Part shown: positions 47,084 to 57,253 of the stretch, one piece after another
Layout: each line of letters starts with the position of its first letter
How positions within the stretch are numbered: position 1 is the stretch's first letter
DNA from: Alphaproteobacteria bacterium
GTDB taxonomy: Bacteria > Pseudomonadota > Alphaproteobacteria > UBA7985 > JAUIBT01
Length of the DNA stretch: 64,000 nt
Direction of reading: 5' to 3'
Assembly (NCBI GenBank): GCA_030428565.1
Contig: JAUIDR010000002.1
Location: 72,658-136,657, forward strand
Position numbers and translations under genes: made by a program
Notes under the pieces: model-generated
What the model was told of the DNA's origin: nothing
The model's database searches: none
Seen by the model: only the letters and a program-made list of their open reading frames with translations

Positions 47084-47263
47084 TTAGTCCTTGGGCTCCA
47101 GGATCTGGCGGCCGCGGTACATGCCGGTAGACAGGTCGATGTGGTGCGGACGGCGCAACTCACCGCTGTCTTTGTCGGTGATGTAGGTTGGGTTCTTTAG
47201 GGCATCGTGCGAACGACGCATGCCGCGGCGTGAAGGGGTTACCTTCGACTTTTGAACTGCCAT
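47084..47263 (-). CDS. rpmF: 50S ribosomal protein L32
   Basis: [22 protein letters not shown] matches the bL32 consensus; the annotated ORF extends upstream, but the canonical start is MAVQ. Confidence 0.8.
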   Translation of the reverse strand: MAVQKSKVTPSRRGMRRSHDALKNPTYITDKDSGELRRPHHIDLSTGMYRGRQILEPKD

Positions 47264-47432
47264 GTTGATCTTCCTTATTGTCTGATCGGTCGCGATTTCG
47301 CCAATCCAGTCCAAGGGTCGGCCTTGAACCTAGCCTGCGATGCGCGCCTCAATCTTTTCCGCGTCTGCCCATCCGAGAACGAGCAGCCCGCGTCTGTGTG
47401 AAGCGCGTGTCTACGCGCTCATGAACACAAAA

Positions 47433-48614
47433 TCAAGGGCAAAGCGACTCATGTAGACTGGCAAGCTCCTGGCGGATGCTTTGCAAGGTCTCGGCCTGCA
47501 AAAAATGCCGCGCCCGGTCGCGAAAATGAGCCACCACCGCCGAATCACTGCGCGCGCTCGACCAGCCAGAATCGGGGTTTTCTTGCTCGCTGAGCCACAT
47601 GAGACACCAAGACAGGGCGCGCAGATAGAGCAAGCGACGCGTCACCAACAACCAAGGCTGCAGCGCATCAGCCATGCCGGTGGGCACCGCCGCCAGATAG
47701 CCCCGATAGAAGTCTGTCACTTGCGCTTGGCTGAGCGCCGCCGTGCCCTGGGGCTCCCAGGTTGTTGAGGTATAGGCGCTGGCGTGGGCCAGATCGATTC
47801 CCGGATTGCCGAACGCGGCCTTTTCCAGATCGACCAGCACCGCGCGCGCCGGTTCGCCCGCCGCACCAGGCTGGATTCGATAGTTGCCAGGGTGGGTATC
47901 GTTCGCAATGGCATAGCGCGGCAGGTCGCCATCCCTATCGCCTTGTCGTAAGACCTGATCCAGCTCCGCGCGCAGCGCCAACAGCAGCGCGCGCGCCTCC
48001 CCGCTCAGCGGGTAGCGGTCGATAAAGGCAAGCTGGCGATCAATCTCGGGCAAGTTTGCACTGACGACCTGGCTTTGATCGGCCAGCGCCACGGAGTCGA
48101 TCGCGCGCTCGGTTTCATGCGGTTCAGGGCTGGTGTGAATGCGGGCCAGACAGAGCGCAATCGCGGTCATATCTCGCGCGGCATCCGCGCGCCGCCCCTC
48201 AATATAGTCTACCAGCAAGCCTCCAAACGGCAGGCTAGCGCTCACGGGCAACAGGGCGTGACACCGCGGGGTGACGCCGCTGGTCGCCAGACGCGCAAAA
48301 CAAGCCGCTTGATAGCGCAAATTGTCGTCGGGCGCGTGCTGCCACTGCGATTGCTTGGGTAGCCGCGCCACCAAACCGCTGTCGCCCAGCCGCAAATGGT
48401 CGTGAGCCAGGCCCTGATCGGCCAAAGGCTGTAAATCGGCCACGTCCAGCACGGCCCTGCCCCCCAGCCGTGTCGCCAGCAGGGCTTGCGCCGCGCGGTC
48501 TTCGCTCAGCGCCCGCCACAGGTTTTGGGTGAGAACCTCAAGGCGTGCTTGGTCGCCATCTTCGCTGCGCTCTTGATCGCTGTCGTCGCTGCGCTCTTGG
48601 TCAGTCGCGGCCAT
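47433..48614 (-). CDS. aminoglycoside/choline-kinase-like phosphotransferase (APH family) with acidic repeat N-terminus
   Basis: APH-family catalytic and Brenner-like motifs (HPGNYRI, LVDLEKAAFGNPGIDLA); N-terminal DQERSDDSDQERSEDGDQ encoded by a tandem duplication; start at MAATDQ overlaps the upstream nitroreductase stop by 14 nt. Confidence 0.6.
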   Translation of the reverse strand: MAATDQERSDDSDQERSEDGDQARLEVLTQNLWRALSEDRAAQALLATRLGGRAVLDVADLQPLADQGLAHDHLRLGDSGLVARLPKQSQWQHAPDDNLRYQAACFARLATSGVTPRCHALLPVSASLPFGGLLVDYIEGRRADAARDMTAIALCLARIHTSPEPHETERAIDSVALADQSQVVSANLPEIDRQLAFIDRYPLSGEARALLLALRAELDQVLRQGDRDGDLPRYAIANDTHPGNYRIQPGAAGEPARAVLVDLEKAAFGNPGIDLAHASAYTSTTWEPQGTAALSQAQVTDFYRGYLAAVPTGMADALQPWLLVTRRLLYLRALSWCLMWLSEQENPDSGWSSARSDSAVVAHFRDRARHFLQAETLQSIRQELASLHESLCP

Positions 48615-49200
48615 ACCAAGAGACGACTTGTTCAAAGTCGGGCCGATCGCGTTCGCTGGGTTCTTCTTGGCGAGTGCCAAAATACAAGAAGCCAGCGACT
48701 TGCTCGCCCTCATCGGCGTTGACGCCCAGAGCCTTAGCAACGCCCGCATCAAATGCATACCATTCGGTGAGCCACTGACAGGCCAACCCTAAAGCGGTGC
48801 CAGCAATCATCATGTTTTGGCAAGCAGCCCCCGCCGAGAGCTGTTGTTCCCAGGCCGGAATTTTAGGATGGCGGCGCGGGGCCGAAATGACGGCGACCAC
48901 GGCGCTGGCCCGCTCAAAGCGCGCGCGCTCGAATTCATAGCTCGACGGTGCGGCGTCCGGAAAATCTTTGGAATAGGCCTCTTTGAGCACCTCACCAAAG
49001 GCCGTGCGCCCCTCGCCTTCAAAGACAACAAAGCGCCAAGGCGCCAGCTTGCCATGATCGGGCACGCGCAAGCCTGCCCGTAAAATGGTTTGTAATTGCC
49101 CCGCTTCTAAGGGGGCATTGCCCATGTCCACGACCTTGATCGAGCGGCGCTTGGCCAACAGCTCCAAGGTCGGGTCCGTTCCCGTCAACGCCTTTGTCAT
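48601..49200 (-). CDS. nitroreductase-family protein
   Basis: 199 aa; the size, predicted fold and sequence character fit NfnB/BluB-like nitroreductases (…RRSIKVVD…, …ACQNMMIAGTALGL…). Confidence 0.6.
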   Translation of the reverse strand: MTKALTGTDPTLELLAKRRSIKVVDMGNAPLEAGQLQTILRAGLRVPDHGKLAPWRFVVFEGEGRTAFGEVLKEAYSKDFPDAAPSSYEFERARFERASAVVAVISAPRRHPKIPAWEQQLSAGAACQNMMIAGTALGLACQWLTEWYAFDAGVAKALGVNADEGEQVAGFLYFGTRQEEPSERDRPDFEQVVSWYGRD

Positions 49201-49907
49201 TCAGCGGCCACCGTATCCTTATTGTGTCCGAACAGCACCTGTTTGGCCTCCGCGTTTTCATGCAAGGCTTTGTGCTCACCCACCGCTTCATCGGTTTTCT
49301 GCAGGGCGGCTTGAACGGCGGGACGCTCTTTTAAGGCAAAGTACCAGCGCTTGACCTCTGGGAAATCGTCAAGGTTGATCGATTGGCGCGGATAGCGGTG
49401 CGCCCAGGGCCAGATTGCCATATCAGCGATTGAATAGTCGCCCGCCACAAATTCCTTGCCCTTAAGCTGTTTGTTCAACACCGCATAGAGGCGTTCGGTC
49501 TCGCCGACATAGCGATTGATGGCGTAGGGAATCTTTTCATCGGCATAGAGATTGAAATGGTGGTTCTGCCCCAGCATGGGACCAAAGCCCCCAATCTGCC
49601 AGTGCAGCCACTGCAAGACCTCGTAGCGCGCGCGGGTGGCGCGGGGCAAAAAGGCTTCGTGCTTGTCCGCGAGATATTCCAAGATGGCACCCGACTCGAA
49701 GACCGACAGCGGCGCTCCCAGGTCAGCGGGCGCGTGATCGACCAGCGCCGGAATGCGGTTGTTGGGTGAAATCGCAAGGAAATCGGGCTCAAACTGCTCG
49801 CCTTTGCCGATATCGACAGGCACAACGCGGTAGTCAACACCCAATTCTTCAAGCAAAATCATTGGCTTATAGCCGTTAGGCGTGGCCCAAATATAAATAT
49901 CAATCAT
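49197..49907 (-). CDS. glutathione S-transferase
   Basis: N-terminal thioredoxin-like GST domain (IDIYIWATPNGYKPMILLEELG...), 236 aa; 4-nt overlap with the nitroreductase gene. Confidence 0.8.
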   Translation of the reverse strand: MIDIYIWATPNGYKPMILLEELGVDYRVVPVDIGKGEQFEPDFLAISPNNRIPALVDHAPADLGAPLSVFESGAILEYLADKHEAFLPRATRARYEVLQWLHWQIGGFGPMLGQNHHFNLYADEKIPYAINRYVGETERLYAVLNKQLKGKEFVAGDYSIADMAIWPWAHRYPRQSINLDDFPEVKRWYFALKERPAVQAALQKTDEAVGEHKALHENAEAKQVLFGHNKDTVAAE

Positions 49908-50611
49908 CGCGCGTGCCTTTCAATATAGCTGGGTTCGCTGCGTCCCAGTCCCCCATGTAAGTTAAGGCAGCGCTCAAACCAAGCCTCCAAACCGGGATTC
50001 TGGCTCAGAATGGCGTGTGGACCGCTACAGCGAGCAAACTGTGCGTTTCCAAAAAGGATATAATCGGCATAGATCGGCGTCTGCCCGCCAAAGAAGGGTT
50101 GGCCGCCCAGAGCGGAGTCAAGTGGCCGCAAGGCCCGCGACAGCGCCTTGAGTTCGCCTTGCGGGTCGGGGCACAGCTCCTCTAGGGGCTTGGCAAATCG
50201 CTTTTCGCGCGAGCGGCGGAAATAGTCTTGATCCTTGGGCGCTTGATCCTGCCAGATCGTCACCGCATTGAGCCGCAAAATCGACCCCAGCATGCCCAAA
50301 GAACTCCAGTCGTGTAGATACCTGGCAAAGCTGCGCCCGGCCGGGCCGCCAAACAGGGCGCCATCGGTCTGGTCAATGATGGTCTCAGCAATCGCCCAAG
50401 AATCCGATACACAGACCTGACCTTCAAACAAGATGGGCACGGTTTTAAAGCCACCACCCGCCGCCTGGCCGATGTCGGTAAAGCCGACGCCTTGGCTCTG
50501 ATAGTCGATGCCAAGATGCGCTAAGACCATTTTCGTGCGCCATACGTAGGGGCTGAAACGCTGGCCCTGCGCCCCTTCCAGTTCAAAGAGCAAACGGTTC
50601 GTTTCGGTCAT
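49904..50611 (-). CDS. glutathione S-transferase-like protein
   Basis: GST N- and C-domain-like sequence (FSPYVWRTKMVLAHLGIDY); start at MTETN; 4-nt overlap with the downstream GST. Confidence 0.55.
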   Translation of the reverse strand: MTETNRLLFELEGAQGQRFSPYVWRTKMVLAHLGIDYQSQGVGFTDIGQAAGGGFKTVPILFEGQVCVSDSWAIAETIIDQTDGALFGGPAGRSFARYLHDWSSLGMLGSILRLNAVTIWQDQAPKDQDYFRRSREKRFAKPLEELCPDPQGELKALSRALRPLDSALGGQPFFGGQTPIYADYILFGNAQFARCSGPHAILSQNPGLEAWFERCLNLHGGLGRSEPSYIERHAR

Positions 50612-50971
50612 GGGCCTTCCTTTTGCGGCTTGTGTGAGCGGTAGGCGCGCCCTGACCGCAGGCAACGCAGTTTGCGGCCAGTGACGGGCGAGCGGCAATT
50701 CAGTCCTGGTTCACCCACCTTGTATGATAAGAGCGGTCTGCCTTTGTCTTACGATAGGCGGCCCGCATACGCGCAACAATCGGCTTAGCCTTGCCGCGAC
50801 AATGTAGGAATCCAGCGTTTGTGATGAGCGACGTTTCTACGGACCAACCCTACGAATGACCAATTTTCCGATCAAGAGGTCTTTATGCTCAACTGTCCCG
50901 CGAATTTAACCGACCTGAATTTTCCCGACCCGAATTTTCCCAACCAGGCCCTCGAATGGCCAGTGGCTAGG

Positions 50972-51878
50972 ATGGCGAGGCCAGTGACTAGGACAGCGAG
51001 ACCCGTCATGGCCGCCATTACCGGATTGGCCGGCCTGCTGCTGGCCCTATTCCTCGCCCCGCTGCCTCAGGCCCAAGCCGAGGTGCCCAGCCGCACCCCC
51101 TTGCAAGTTGTCAATGTCGCTAGCGATGATGTGCTGAACCTGCGCGAGGCGCCAAATGCGCGCTCTGCCATTGTTGGCGAAATGCCGCCCGGTAGCCCTG
51201 CGGCTTTCACGGTCGGCCCCAGCCAGGGCGATTGGCTCTATGTGCGCCACGATCTGGCCGAGGGCTGGGCGCGCGCGCTACTTGATCGCCACCGGGGCGG
51301 GCGTGGGGCTAGAGGCGGATGGGTCCTTGCCTTTGTACGGCCTAGTAATCGGTATTCGAAGCGGGCAACATTTGGCCCTGCGTGAGGCACCCGGCGGGCA
51401 AGCCGCTGTGGTGGCGCACTTGAGAGCGGGATCAAAGGATGCACGCCTGACCGGGCGCACACAAAACGGCTGGCGGCAGGTCGAGATCGCGGGACGTTTG
51501 GCCTGGGCGCCTCAGCGCCACCTTATCCCTGCCACCGCTGAAGACGACCACGGCCAAGAGTGGCATTGCGGCGGCACAGAGCCCTTTTGGGGTCTACGCT
51601 TGATCGGCGATAAGCTGCGCTATACCAATTTGGACGGCAGCGAGATCAATTCTTTAGCAGGACTAACCGAGCTGCCGGGCCTCTTGGACGGCGAACCTGG
51701 TGCCATAAAACTGCTGTCCTCGACGGGTGGTCGCCTGTCCGCGCGTATCGAAGCCATGAGCCAGCGCGGCGGCCAAGCCTGCTCTGACGGTATGAGTGAC
51801 CGCAACTACCCCTACTACATCCGCGCGCTCATTGGTCGGCAGAATTTCGAGGGCTGCTGTACGCTCACCAACTTCTAA
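50972..51878 (+). pseudogene. secreted protein with two SH3b-like repeats and a Cys-rich C-terminal domain, interrupted by a frameshift near 51268-51280
   Basis: Frame A (50885-51385) carries signal peptide MAAITGLAGLLLALFLAPLPQAQA and SH3b repeat 1 (LNLREAPNARSAIVGEM...GDWLYVRHDLAEGWARA). Frame B (51156-51878) carries SH3b repeat 2 (LALREAPGGQAAVVAHL...GWRQVEIAGRLAWAPQRHL) and a Cys-containing C-terminal domain. The frames cross at a (gc)n run, ggcgcgcgcgct. Confidence 0.45.
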
Positions 51879-51918
51879 TCCCGAAGGCCTGGCACGCTAG
51901 CAAGCAAAGCGGCGCGCT

Positions 51919-52965
<1,047 letters not shown>

Positions 52966-53067
52966 TCAGGATATCCAGATCGCGTTTTTGCGAGCCGCAC
53001 TAGTTGGGCGCATTTATCAGCGCTTGTCAGCCGCGCAGGTGGTCGCGGCGCATCAGCTTGCGCCGAT

Positions 53068-54096
53068 CTAGGGCTCTCTGTTCGCGGTGCCGAACTTGGC
53101 CTCAACCAAAGGGGCTAGCCCCTTTAGGGCCACCGCCATGTCGTCTAGTTTGGGTGCTGGCCACAGCTCAAATCGGCCCGCCCAAGGCCGCAAGTGCCCG
53201 GCTTTACCCATAGCCTCGTGGAAAGCGGCAAATTTCGAGCGACGCTTAAAGCGGCGGGCTTTGGCCGGAAGTGGCAAGCTCATCACGGGTAGCCCCAAAC
53301 GCGCGGCCTCACTCATCATGTTCACCGAATCTTGGGTGACGCAGACAAGATCGCTCAACGCCAACAGCCCGGCGTAGGGATTCGGGGCGGCGTCGTCGCG
53401 AATCCAAACATCATCGCGTCCGGCGAAGCGCTGTCGTAAAGCAGCCATGAGCGCGGCTGGCGTCCGCGGCGAAGAACAGAGATAGACGCGCCCAGCCCCG
53501 GTGCTCAACAGACGTTCGACCGGGCCTGAGAGCGTGTCCAGATCGAGTTCGAAGTCCTTGTTGGGCCCGCCTATCATGACGCTAACATGCGGGCCTGGTC
53601 CGCGCATGATCGGGGCCATCAGCGCCCGGCCTTCGTCCAGCCGCGCTTGATCCACAACCGCCAGAGCGCCCAGAATTGGGATGACATTGCCTGCAACCAG
53701 TTGGTCGTGCTGCGGCGTGATGATGGCGTCAAAGCGGGCGCGGTGGGCGCGCGGGTCCAAGATCTGCACCGCAAGGGCTTGCCCGTCGCTGGCCGCCTTG
53801 ATTGCCAGGGCTGGGGCGGCCAACTTGGAGCCGGACGCGATCACCAAGTGCGGCCAGGGCGGCGCCAGCCTTGCGCGATCCTCAGGGCGAACGATCCCCA
53901 AGGCCAAAGGATGTAGAGCAGGCGCCAGCCAGCGCCAAGGCAGCCGCAAGCGCACCGCCTTGCTATCAATGGCAGCCCCGTAGCGCTGGGCCAGCGCTTC
54001 TGCCAGGGCCAAGCATTGGTTTTTCGAGCCCATCTTGTGATCGTACAGCACCCAAATTTGCAGCACAGCAACCCTTTCTTGCGGATGAATCGACAT
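53068..54096 (-). CDS. ELM1/DUF1022-family protein (mitochondrial fission ELM1 homolog; glycosyltransferase-like fold)
   Basis: N-terminal IWVLYDHKMGSKNQCLALAEAL and overall length match DUF1022. Confidence 0.55.
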   Translation of the reverse strand: MSIHPQERVAVLQIWVLYDHKMGSKNQCLALAEALAQRYGAAIDSKAVRLRLPWRWLAPALHPLALGIVRPEDRARLAPPWPHLVIASGSKLAAPALAIKAASDGQALAVQILDPRAHRARFDAIITPQHDQLVAGNVIPILGALAVVDQARLDEGRALMAPIMRGPGPHVSVMIGGPNKDFELDLDTLSGPVERLLSTGAGRVYLCSSPRTPAALMAALRQRFAGRDDVWIRDDAAPNPYAGLLALSDLVCVTQDSVNMMSEAARLGLPVMSLPLPAKARRFKRRSKFAAFHEAMGKAGHLRPWAGRFELWPAPKLDDMAVALKGLAPLVEAKFGTANREP

Positions 54097-54242
54097 AAAA
54101 AGACGACATTTTGACCGATTGAGCAAACTTCTTGCCTATCGTGCGCTTTCGTGAAACATTCTTTCCCCAACCAAGACAAAGGGTCGCAAGACACCCTAAA
54201 AGCACCCAACAAAGAACACAGCCCCAAAAAGAGGAAACGCGC

Positions 54243-54755
54243 ATGAGCAGAGGGAAGCTGGACCCGACCGATCTCCAGATCCTATCCGATCTGCAAAATG
54301 ACGGACGTATGACCAACGTTGAGCTGGCAAAACGCGCTGGCATCTCGGCCCCGCCTTGTCTGCGCCGCGTCCGTGTCCTGGAAGAACAAGGCTACATCAA
54401 AGGCTACCACGCGGACCTTTCGCCCGAGCTATTGGGGTATAAAGTGACCGTCTTCGCCTACGTTGGCCTCAAATCACAAGCCGAGGCCGATTTGCGGGCG
54501 TTTGAGACCCTGACCGAGTCTTGGGACGAGGTGCGCGCCTGCTATATGCTGTCGGGTGAGATCGACTTTTTGCTGAAGATCGTTGCGCAAGACCTGGAAA
54601 GCTTCCAGACCTTCTTGACGTCAAAACTAACGCCTGCACCCAATGTCGGCCACGTAAAGACCTCGTTGACCGTGCGCACGTCATTCTACAAGCCCACCGT
54701 GCCCATGTCGCAGGTAATCGGCGAAAACGGCGGCCCTCTGAGCGATAAGGGCTGA
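54243..54755 (+). CDS. Lrp/AsnC-family transcriptional regulator
   Basis: N-terminal HTH (LDPTDLQILSDLQNDGRMTNVELAKRAGIS) and C-terminal RAM domain; start at MSRGKL. Confidence 0.8.
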   Translation: MSRGKLDPTDLQILSDLQNDGRMTNVELAKRAGISAPPCLRRVRVLEEQGYIKGYHADLSPELLGYKVTVFAYVGLKSQAEADLRAFETLTESWDEVRACYMLSGEIDFLLKIVAQDLESFQTFLTSKLTPAPNVGHVKTSLTVRTSFYKPTVPMSQVIGENGGPLSDKG

Positions 54756-54824
54756 GCTGCAAGTCGCCACTAGGTTGCCCCTTAACAGGTCGCCTCTTAC
54801 ACTCAGTAAGCCACAGGAGCGCTC

Positions 54825-55958
54825 ATGGCCGCCCAAGCGCTATTTGACCTTCCTGCAACCATGACCGGCGTACAGCTGACCGGCTACGGCGGGTTCGAAG
54901 CCTTGGTCTACCGCCAGGACTTGCCCTTGCCGACAGTGGGCGAAGCAGATGTATTGATCCAGGTCGCAGCGGCCGGCATCAACAATACCGATATTAACGC
55001 GCGCACCGGCTGGTACGCCAAAACCGTGACCAGCGGCACCACCGCCAAGGGTGGCTCGCAGGGCTTTGCCGTAAGCCAAGGCGGTATGGGCGACTGGACC
55101 GGCGATCTAGTCTTTCCGCGCATTCAAGGCGCCGACTGTCTGGGGCGTGTGGTGGCCCTGGGCAGCGAGGCCGATCCCAGCTTACTGGGCGAAACCGTGC
55201 TCGTTCAGCCCTATTTCTATGATCCCAACGACCCGCAATGGCGCGACAAGGTTGGCTTCCTGGGCGCTGAATATGACGGCGCGTTTGCCCAGTTCACCGC
55301 CGCGCCTGCGCGCCAGGTCTGTCGCCTCCCCGCCAACGATCTGAGCCCCGAACAGCTCGCCACCCTGCCTTGCTCGGGCGGCACCGCGATGAACATGCTG
55401 TTGGCCGCCAGCATCGCTGCGGGTGATCGCGTGCTGGTGACGGGGGCCTCGGGCGGGGTTGGCAGTTTTCTGGTGCAAATCGCCAAACACAAGGGTGCCA
55501 GGGTCATCGCCCTGGCCGATCCCAGCAAGGCCCAGGCCCTTTTGTCCGGCGGCGCGGATGCGGTGATTGACCGCAAAGCCTCAGACTGGGCCGAACAAGC
55601 CCGCGCAGCCAACGAGGGCCAGTCTTTTAGCCTCGTGGCTGATGTGGTTGGTGGTCCCATCTTCGCCGATCTTTTGGGCCTTTTAGCGCGCGCGGGGCGT
55701 TACGTCACCGCCGGCGCGATTGCCGGGCCGCAGGTCAGCCTGGACCTTAGAACGCTCTACCTTAAGAGCCTCAGCTTTTACGGCTCGGCGGCCTATGAGC
55801 CCGCGACCTTCCCTGCGCTACTCGAGGTGCTGGGCCAAGGCGGCCTCAAGCCCGCCGTGGCCGGCGTCTACCCTTTGGCGGAGATCCAAGCTGCGCAAGA
55901 GGCCTTCTTGCAAAAGAACCACATTGGCAGCTTCGTCCTGATCCCGCCACCGCTCTGA
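54825..55958 (+). CDS. medium-chain dehydrogenase/reductase (quinone oxidoreductase-like, zinc-free MDR)
   Basis: Rossmann GASGGVGSF motif and MDR N-terminal GroES-like domain; 377 aa. Confidence 0.7.
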   Translation: MAAQALFDLPATMTGVQLTGYGGFEALVYRQDLPLPTVGEADVLIQVAAAGINNTDINARTGWYAKTVTSGTTAKGGSQGFAVSQGGMGDWTGDLVFPRIQGADCLGRVVALGSEADPSLLGETVLVQPYFYDPNDPQWRDKVGFLGAEYDGAFAQFTAAPARQVCRLPANDLSPEQLATLPCSGGTAMNMLLAASIAAGDRVLVTGASGGVGSFLVQIAKHKGARVIALADPSKAQALLSGGADAVIDRKASDWAEQARAANEGQSFSLVADVVGGPIFADLLGLLARAGRYVTAGAIAGPQVSLDLRTLYLKSLSFYGSAAYEPATFPALLEVLGQGGLKPAVAGVYPLAEIQAAQEAFLQKNHIGSFVLIPPPL

Positions 55959-56049
55959 CCACCGCTCTGACCGCCTTTGCGCGCCTATCGCTTGCCAAGC
56001 CCGCGCGCCCCACTTATACCCGCAGTCCACACTTGATTTGGAGAACGCC

Positions 56050-57172
56050 ATGCGCGCGGAAATGCAAGCAGCGGTCGAGGACATCGATAAGTCCTTGGGC
56101 CTGCTGAGGAGGCATCTTTGACTGGGACAATGCTGTCCTACGCCTTGAAGAACTAGACGCTCTAAGCGAAGATCCAGAGCTTTGGTCGAACCCCGACCAA
56201 GCGCGCGTGCTCCTGCAAGAGCGCCAGAAGCTGGATACCGCCATCACCGCGACCCGCAAGATCGAGCAAGACAAGCAAGACTTCGTCGATTTGATCGAAA
56301 TGGCAGAGATGGAGGACGATAAGGAGTCCTTGCAAGAAGCCGAAGACGGCCTGCTTTCGCTCAAGGCGGAGGCCGCCAAGCGCCAACTTGAATCGCTCTT
56401 GTCCGGTGAAGCCGACAGCAACGATTGTTTCTTGGAAGTCAACGCGGGCGCAGGCGGCACCGAGGCGCAAGACTGGTGCCAAATTCTGGCGCGCATGTAT
56501 TTGCGATGGGCCGACAAGCGCGGCTTCAAGACCGAGCTGATGGAAGAGAGCCCTGGTGAAGAAGCGGGCCTCAAATCCATCTCTATCAAGATCAAGGGCG
56601 AAAACGCTTATGGCTGGGCCAAGACTGAGACCGGCGTGCATCGCCTGGTGCGCATCTCGCCCTTCGATAGCCAAGCGCGGCGCCACACCTCTTTTGCCTC
56701 GGTCTGGGTCTACCCGGTCATCGACGACAATATCGAGGTGGAAATCGTTGATAGCGACCTGCGCATTGATACTTACCGCGCCTCGGGTGCTGGTGGGCAA
56801 CACGTCAACACCACCGACTCGGCGGTGCGCATTACGCACCAACCGACCGGGATCGTGGTGCAGTGTCAGTCGGACCGCTCGCAACACAAGAACAAGGCGA
56901 CGGCCATGTCCATGCTGCGCGCACGGCTCTATGAAATGGAGCTGAAAAAGCGCGAAGATGCCGCCAACGATACCGAAGCGCAAAAAACGGAAATCGGCTG
57001 GGGACACCAGATCCGATCCTATGTTTTGCAGCCTTATCAAATGGTTAAAGATCTGCGCACTCAACACGAGACATCGAATTCTGGGGCGGTTCTCGATGGG
57101 GACATCGACGCCTTCTTGGAAGCGGCTCTCGCCCTTAAGCTCAAACCCGTCGGTGACAGCGCCGAGGACTAG
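56050..57172 (+). CDS. prfB: peptide chain release factor 2, requiring programmed +1 ribosomal frameshift at CTT TGA C (56116-56122)
   Basis: ORF0 ATG 56050 ... AGG AGG CAT CTT TGA (in-frame stop 56119-56121). The +1 frame continues [15 protein letters not shown]... into the annotated 56207-57172 ORF, which carries RF2 motifs SPF and [13 protein letters not shown]. An SD-like AGGAGG sits 3 nt upstream of the shift site, as in E. coli prfB. Confidence 0.9.
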
Positions 57173-57253
57173 AGACAGAGCACCCTAGCCAGCATCTCCC
57201 AGAGCTGCTAATGTCGCGACGTTCCGACGCAGGTTTTGAGGGGAGACAGAACA

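Noticed and set aside
56162-57067. 301-aa minus-strand ORF
   Set aside because: Antisense to prfB. prfB is unambiguous (SPF, GGQ motifs and frameshift site).
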